Shown piece after piece: positions 56,541 to 64,000 of a stretch of DNA of 64,000 nucleotides. Below the pieces are notes generated by a model. It saw nothing but the letters and a program-made list of their open reading frames with translations, did no database searches and was not told the origin of the DNA. Position 1 is the first letter of the stretch. Each line of letters starts with the position of its first letter. This DNA is from Balanoglossus misakiensis (taxonomy: Eukaryota > Animalia > Hemichordata), in contig CM082585.2 in the NCBI GenBank assembly GCA_040954595.2, forward strand, positions 386,814-450,813, in the 5' to 3' direction. The translations under genes were made by a program, and so were the position numbers.

Positions 56541-56694
56541 TAGTTTTGCTGAGGTAACCATTTAGGTTTCATGACTAAGATTGTTTAACAATCCATAAAC
56601 TACAAATTTTATCCAATGAATGAATTTCCTTAGAATTTCACAGCTGTGCGAGATCTTGCAGTTATACAAAAATGTGTATTTTTCTGATGGCAAT

Positions 56695-57397
56695 GCATTT
56701 GCAACAACGGCCTCTAAACTTTATGGATTGTCTCTGTTCTACGAATCATCAATTTGGTTTTTAACCAGAACATTGTACTGATTTAGCCATTTTTGTATTG
56801 AAGGAAATTCTGAGTTATTTTAAACATCATAACACGCATGTTTTTGTTACTTTTATGAACGTCTCAAAGTGTTAGACTTTTCAAGATTTTGTTGTTAAAT
56901 GGAACGGATCTATACTGCACCATTCTAGTCTAAAAAAGATGTTAAACAGGGCGGAATTTCATCTCCAATTTTTTCACAGTGTACTTAGATGATTTCAGTA
57001 GGAATTTATCAAAACTTCAGTTCAGATGTCTTCTTGGCGATTACAGGTTGAAACATTTCGATATAGTTATTTTCTCTACTGGAGCCTACGGTCACCAAAT
57101 GTTAGTTAATTGCTGTGGTCGTTAAGGCAGTATAAATGCGATACTTTTCAATGAGAAAAAGACGGTGTTTATGCTAATTCAACCCAGTGTTAGGTAACTT
57201 AAAACAGTTCCAATTTATTTAAATGGTAGACTACTGAGTTATGTTAATGTTTACAAATATCTTGGTCATTTAATATCTTGAAACCTTAAAGATAATGAGG
57301 ATATTCAAGCTCAGAGTTGTTTTTTATACTTTAGGGGGGAAACGCTATCCTTTGTGATTATAAATTTGCATCTTTATCGGTCAAATGTCATATATTT
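56695..57397 (+). pseudogene. Decayed non-LTR retrotransposon reverse transcriptase, 5' part (RTE-X-like; clade tentative)
   Basis: Manual translation gives RT motifs in order: HQFGF*PEHCTDLAIFVLKEILSYFKHHNTHVFVTFMNVSK (from ~56747), VKWNGS, VKQGGISSPIF/FTVYLDDFS (~56940-57000), DIVIFSTGAYGHQMLVN (57060) and FNEKKTVFM...IYLNGRLLSYVNVYKYLGHLIS*NLKDNEDIQAQ. There are multiple stops, frameshifts and deletions, and the YADD motif is not intact. Confidence 0.88.
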
Positions 57398-57398
57398 A

Positions 57399-57680
57399 AG
57401 CAATAAAACACCCCCAGCCATGGTATACCACGAGATTTTGACCAGTTCACGACATGGAGTTGAACTGGTCAAAATCGAGTGGTATACCATGGCTGGGGGT
57501 GTTTTATTGCTATTATATTATGCCAGTATATTGAAACTTTGCATAAAACATTTTAAAAAGGCATTTTCTTTGACTATGATATATGACTGTGGTATATGGC
57601 TAATATATCATGGTCACGTGTCATGTCTCGACCAATCAAATAGCGTGATTTACACCATCAATATACTGGTATAATATAAT
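57399..57680. mobile_element. Double-hairpin non-autonomous insertion, Crypton-like
   Basis: 51 bp-arm palindrome (57399-57449 / 57461-57511, 2 mismatches, 11 nt loop) immediately followed by a 23 bp inverted repeat (57512-57534 / 57658-57680, 1 mismatch). It interrupts the LINE reading frame and has no clear TSD. The ttaagcaataaaacac start and the layout resemble non-autonomous Crypton elements as I recall them; not verified by search. Confidence 0.65.
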
Positions 57681-58069
57681 TTCAGTTTTTTGTGACATTC
57701 TGTTCAATTCTCATTTGTGGTGTAATTTTTCTATGAACATGTTTTATACCGCTAGAACAGCATATTCTCTGATATTTCGTAAATTAACAGGTTTCGAACA
57801 TAGTCATGTTCAAAGTAATACTTTATTGCTTGATAATCTAAATGTTTTAACTCTTGATGAGATACTTAAGGAAAAAAAGTCATATAGTTTAATGAGCAGG
57901 TTTCAGCTTTCTAGTACTTTGATCGTGTCTTCTGTACTGCCCAAGTCTATTTTTTCAAAAATTTTATTATGGAATGTTTGGTGTCAAAGACTATTTTAAC
58001 TAGAAGTATTTTTTTTCTTGTTTACCTCCTATGGATTATTTTTTATCTGAAATAAACATTAACAATAAT
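57681..58069 (+). pseudogene. 3' continuation and tail of the same non-LTR retrotransposon
   Basis: The frame resumes as CDILFNSHLWCNFSMNMFYTARTAYSLIFRKLTG...(ORF track 57715-57999), fitting the post-RT region that follows ...VKCHIF before the insertion. After the stop come tatgga...tctgaaataaa (AATAAA at 58051) and a short A-rich tail. Confidence 0.7.
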
Positions 58070-61000
58070 GTATTTGCCTGTAAACAAATGTTGACGTCCA
58101 TTCGTAGCGTTATTTTGTCAGTGAAATGGCTTCATCATTATCCATCCAACCAAAGTTGAAACAGAGTTAAATATGCACTGCTTGAAATCATAAAATGATG
58201 CGAAATTGAACCAAAAGTTCGGACAACAGTCAAGTTCTTATTGCTATTATTAGAAGCAGACAGTATCAGGGAACAAGAGACATGGGTCTGATTTGCAAGC
58301 CGAGTTGGAAATGACTTTGCCTGCCCACGGACCCGCCAATTTCAGTGAATCTTATCGTATTAAAAACGAATATGGAGAACTGTTCTCTGTGTTTCTATTG
58401 TTAGCCTGCATAGCTGCATGCATAGCTGTTGTCATTCTAGTTTTTTTTTTTCTGTACACCTAAATTTCCTGGGCGATGAGCATGCTGAATTTATCCGTTG
58501 CTTCTCACCAGCAGAAGGACCACAAAATGCAGATTTTCATTTCTACGGCACAAAGGAATTTTATACTTTGCGTTCAAATATAAATCCTGTTAAATTCTTC
58601 AATAAATTCTTTATTGAGGATTCAAAAGTATTATGACTGATAGTGTCAGTACCTGTATCCCCAAAAAGGATGCTGTCAGTGTGCGTGTGATTGTGATCAA
58701 TAACATATTTTCAAAATTTGCAGTGTGCCAGTTCAACACAGTTCGTGAGGCTGGTAAAGCACGTGTGAATTTCAATTCATGACGACAGTGGGCCATGGCT
58801 GCCACATTAGCACATGATGGCTTAAATTAAAATGTGATATGCACTACATTTATTTGAATAACATTAAACCTCTGATATCTACAGAAACAGTACAATTATT
58901 GAGGAAAACATGATAAAAAATATGCAAACTTGTACATTCTTTGTAGTATATATCACTCACATTTTATGTTTTGAACAAATGGCTACACTGTTTGGAATAT
59001 TTTTATCCATTGTTAAGTTATATCAGCTTGTTTTGGGGATCTTGAAAATGACATATATTAGGCATAAGAGGCAAAATGTCAGAAACAATTAGGTAATAAG
59101 ATTGCACATCTCATAGGAGATAATCCATTTAGCAAGTATTACATAAAAATCATTTCACTCTTATCAGGACCATAAATTTTTAAAACATACACATTGGCAT
59201 GTATACAGTCATAGAGAGGTCAATGTGTATACAATTTTCAGTGGGGGGGGGGGGTTCCTCCTAAATTGCAAAGAACAATGTAAGGGTTATTTCACTTTTT
59301 TTATAAAATATTTGTGGTATAAGATAATACATCTAACATAATAAAAAATTAAATTGAGCTATGATTTGATTCCATTATAATTTATATGAAGAACATACAT
59401 GTATCTATTACTTACAACTAAAATTTTAAATTTATCAGTCATGCATGTTCTGAGAAAAAGATTTTTTTATCAACATTCGAAAGCATTTCCCCAAAATGCA
59501 ACAATTTCAGCTGACTTTTCATATATCACAGTAAGAATTCCCCTTGAAACTGCAAACAATATTAAAGCAATCACAGAAAATAGCGTCAAGGACAGTTTGT
59601 GTTCTCTCAGGGTGTAGTGGATGATGAGCAGCATGTTTGGAGAACAGTGGTTTGGTATATAGTTGAAAGGAACAATTTGCAAACACCAAGGTGAAATGCT
59701 GAACTTTTTGCTCATGTAATATTGAATGCAGCCTGATAAGGTGGGTGCTTGGTAGGGGGAAAACCACTAGCAAAGGGCTCTAATAACTGTTTTAAATTTA
59801 GTCTTAAAAATGGCCCGCACACACAAATGGCTTCGTTTGTACCTTATGTTATACTGATGAAATTCATTGTGTATTGTTATATCAAATTGCACCAGTGCAA
59901 GCTATGAGAAATGTGTTTTGAAAAAAAACAGTGCAAGTTAAGTAGAAGTAGTAGTCTAAAAGTGAAAGAAATACATTTTGAAAAAAATATCAGACAGCAT
60001 TCAAGATCAGCTGAACTGTTTTGATAAACAATTCTCCATTTTCAAGTATATAATGTCATGTTCTGACCATAGTACATTGTAGTGCAGGTTTTAGCAAAAA
60101 AATACATGCATTGATCAAACAGAAAGTTCAATCATTTAGTTTCCCCAGTTGCTGGGAGCGTAGCAGTTGTGAACATAGTATATGAAATGAATTAAAATAG
60201 TCATTTGCTCTCTGGTCCATCATTTTCAATAGAAGTGACCTGATTTCACATCAATAGTTTACCACCCGTCATTTCCAGCTAATTTCATGTAGTACAAAAC
60301 TCCTTTACAACATAATGACATTTCTAGAACTTTTTTTGCTGGTTGGGCCCACAGACTAACACTAGTGGTTCTATAAAGAAACTTCCATAACAACCTTTAC
60401 ACCTGACGCGTTTCCATTCGAAATATGCAAATAAGGAAAAGACGCATATGCATTCTTTGCGTCCCCAGAGACACACGCAGGAAATCAAGCGAGTGCGACC
60501 ACTAGCTGGAAGAGCTGAATTCAATGCATTGCCTTGCGATGTTCATGATACAGGGGGGTGATGATCAATGAACAGAACAACCGTCCACTTTCATGCGTTG
60601 TAGTGCACTGATCATGGCATGTTGATCATGGCAAAACAAACGACGATGTAAGATAGCAGTGCTTTGCAAGTTTGGCTAATATGTATGAAAATCGGCTCGC
60701 AACTTTTTTCTTGCATTTGTGATTTGGCGTGGGGGTAGCGAAAACACTACTGGCTAATCCGTTCCGATTTCTGTCACTTTTCCAATTCTTCCTCAACACC
60801 TCAAAGCTACACACCACCGCCAAAAACATAAAGCTACACACCCCTACCAGAAAATGGTATGCATTCTTGACAGGTTGTTGACGGAAGGAAGTAGTAGCTC
60901 ATACGGTTTTACCCAATTCGATAGTCTCCTCGTTACACTTCGGAGCCAAAAAATTGCAAAATTTGCCAAAAAAAAAAATCAACACTTTCATCATAGGGTT

Positions 61001-61848
61001 TGCTTAAAAGTCTTGAAAACACACCTAGGAACCTGGAAACCAAATTTCAAAAAAATATGGGTAAAGGTTTCAGAGTATTTGACCAAAAGGCAAAAATCGC
61101 TCCAAAAGTATACATTAAAAAATGAAAATAATCTGTATAAGGTCTCAATAAAATACAATGTACACACCAATTTCTAAAGCAATCTGACCAGCACCTTCTT
61201 GTGTTTCAGAGTTTTGACCAATTTCACTTGGGTCCCCCAATGGTATACGAAATGGGACCCAAAGAGTAAAAACACATATCAAAGATTTTAAAACTACAGC
61301 CTCACAAGCTGCCAAATTTTACAAATCTCTTTCCTCGGTAAAATATTTCCCACTGAGCCATATTGCTTGTATGTGCATGGGTTTGTCATCTCTTGCCGAT
61401 GCATACCACAATAGTTGTGTACCCTTCATATGGGGGTTGATTAATATCTAACTTACTAACATACAGCCACATTCATTTGTCAATAACATGTTCATGTTTA
61501 TCTATCAGTAAGCCTATTTAGATGGATCAATCTAAGATCAAAAGTTAAACCATGAAAACAATGAAAGATTGGCAACTTTGAGTTTGAGTCTAAAGATATA
61601 ATGATGACATTTAAGGTTTTATTGAAATAACATGAGAACCTCTCTACTATTTGAAGCACTTAAGTTTAAAATGAAAAACTTCCTTCTACCCCTCAAAGTT
61701 TTTTTCAAGAATATGTTCTACTCTGGGACAACAATTCTCGACCCCTTTACCAAATGTCAGGGACCAGATTTCTGTAAGCAAAATTACAAATGACCTTGCG
61801 GTGACTTTTTACCTACACTCCCATATTGGGTAGTATGAAAGACCGAAT

Positions 61849-63049
61849 GGCTTACCAGAAGGGTTAGAGATACAGTGTTTCATATTAAGATGAATTAACA
61901 TGAAACTAGAATTTGATGGTTAATTTAGGACTGCCTTGATCTATAGTAACATCATTAAATATGTGCATATCTAATTCTGGGCTATCCAGTTGTGGTAGAT
62001 CCCTAGACATGGACAACTTTGGCGTCAAAAGTTGTCGACAAAATTTTGGGTGATCTGGGTAAACTTTGACATACATTCCCATATCTTGGCATCCAAAGCT
62101 GATACATCCTTGACATTTGGAGTGATGGAACTATGTAATTGAGTATTATGTCTCTTTTAGTCACAGTGCTTTTGCTGTGTTTTATATGTCTTTTATTAAG
62201 CCACATTAGATGTTTTTTCATACCACTATGGCTGTGTTTGCCAGTACTTTTTACCTGGTCACACAATGTGTTCTCAAAATACTATGCAATCTTTATGAAG
62301 CATATACAGCAGACAAAGTTGTGGTAAGACTGAACTTGCCCTTCTTTGTAATTAAAGCATGACTGGCCTGTCTTAGGTGGCCCCTACCTAGAGGCTTTAC
62401 CCGTCATTGGCTCACAGTCTGAGAAATCAGCTCTGCAGGGAAGTTAACGATGTAACCCACCATTCAAGCTATTTCCGCTTTCTTTTTATTTGAAACCTGG
62501 CTGAGGCCTTCTTAGGATCTACCCAACGCTGAGTAGGCTATCCCGTCATTGGCACACAGTCTCAGGGAAGGGAAGTAAACAGTTCAGTCTACCATGCAAG
62601 CCTTTATATTTTCCATCCTTTCGTAAGTGAAACATGGCTGCTGTAGAAAAATGCTGATCTCAAATTCATTATGTCAAACAAAAGCCAGACTTTCAGCCAT
62701 ATTGGTTAGCCTGGCATTAGGTATGCACAAAATTAATGAGGTAAGACATAATAGTCCATTACATAGTTCCATCAGTCCAAGTGTCAAGGATATATCTGCT
62801 CCGGATCCCAAAATATAGGAATGTAGGGCAAAGTTTACCCAAGATTACCCAAAAGTGTGTCAAAAGATTTTGACCCCAAAGTTGGCCATGTCCAGGTTTC
62901 TACCTCCAATGGATAGCCTAGAATTAGATATGCACACATTTAATGAGGTCACCATAGATCAAGGGAGTCCTAAATTAACCATCAAATTCTAGTTTCATAT
63001 TAATGCATGTTAATATAAAACACTTTATCTCTAACCCTACTGGTGAGCC
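61849..63049. repeat. Long diverged inverted repeat (~305 bp arms, ~590 bp spacer); old foldback element or two inverted copies of a dispersed repeat
   Basis: 61849-62153 is collinear with the reverse complement of 62744-63049. Examples: atgaaactagaatttgatggttaatttaggact / agtcctaaattaaccatcaaattctagtttcat, and tgatggaactatgtaat / attacatagttccatca. Many substitutions; no TSD identified. Confidence 0.85.
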
Positions 63050-64000
63050 TAGAATTTGGTACATATTCAAGTGGAAGTTTTTGACAAGATAGTTAAGTTG
63101 TAAGATATGTACATGAACCTTGACAATTGACTTAAAATAACATAATGGCATAATTAATACTGATTGGCAATAGATACTAATAACAACAGTGATGTTAATT
63201 ACAGTGGGAATATTTATCTTATTATAGCTAATCGACTGATTGATGTAATGTAATGAAAGTGGCTATTTGTGATTCACCATCACAGTGCTATGCAAGTCTA
63301 TGGTACATTGTTTTTCCAATGATTATACAAAGGATATGTGTAATTAAGGCTGGTAGCATTTTCAATGTTATAAGCCCTGCCTTCACTATAATCTATTTTT
63401 TTTATCTTACACTTAATCAACACTGTTCAGTTTATGTGATTGACTTCAAAGGGACACTACTTACATCACTATTCCCAGCTAGGGGTTCCAGTTTATTTGG
63501 CCAATGGTATGCATGGCTCTAGGTGTTAGTTTTGGAAGCAAAGCATACAGATATAGACTAGGTAGTTCTGAATGTGACCATGGACTGTACCACACACTCT
63601 GTATTGTATGTTTGTGAAGAATCTCATTTAACCCAAACATCAACATATTTCAAAGTTGCCAGAAGTAGAACATACAGGATTTACCAGTAAATATTGGTCA
63701 CGTTATAACACACTGTGGACCCATCTGGGGATTACGCAAAATCAGGTGTGTACACGAAAAAAAAATCACAAGTGACATTGGCAAGCAGATATGACCTACT
63801 GTAATAAAATTTCAAAGGAATCTGACAAGTATTTTCAGCGAAAATAATATGTGTTCAACAATGACAAAAACTGCCTCAAACCACAAAAATTCAATATCAA
63901 CAAATTGTACAATATCTTACTTCAATCACCACAAGGAACAAGTGGTTTCAAAGAATATAAATTGCAAAAATTGCTTCAAGACCACAAATGTACAAATTTC

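Noticed and set aside
53138-56572. Short ORFs in the MITE region, including the similar pair 54884-55177(+) and 56357-56572(-)
   Set aside because: The similarity simply reflects the inverted repeat arms; no transposase or other domain is recognisable.
59399-59773. Three overlapping ORFs, one with a hydrophobic stretch, as a possible exon
   Set aside because: No recognisable homology or convincing splice context; the lengths are compatible with chance.
60450-61330. Possible DNA-transposon remnant with a 9 bp hairpin (61228-61262) and a tttcagag..ttgaccaa direct repeat
   Set aside because: No termini or TSD could be defined by eye; it needs a repeat-library search.
62707-62949. 207 bp spacing of a subrepeat, similar to the satellite monomer length
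   Set aside because: No sequence similarity to the satellite; the length match is probably coincidence.

Overview
Eukaryotic (probably invertebrate animal) non-genic DNA at the edge of a large satellite array. Bases 1-52720 are one uninterrupted head-to-tail AT-rich tandem array of about 260 monomers: long monomers of 205-209 bp, short 186 bp monomers and rare 117 bp monomers. The array shows 4-/5-mer higher-order units, kb-scale block duplications and a layered change in monomer variants toward its end. It stops exactly at a complete PIF/Harbinger-type non-autonomous element (52721-53872; 22 bp perfect TIRs, TTA on both sides). The remaining ~11 kb is a patchwork of transposon relics: a second MITE, a long-TIR element containing a truncated copy of the Harbinger element, a decayed non-LTR retrotransposon interrupted by a double-hairpin Crypton-like insertion, and a ~305 bp-arm inverted repeat. 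I find no intact protein-coding gene, RNA gene or CRISPR array, and the long ORFs in the track are by-products of the satellite. I cannot support a claim of a new biological system. The most interesting signals are the array-boundary architecture and the readable evolutionary history of the satellite. All coordinates and offsets were counted by eye.
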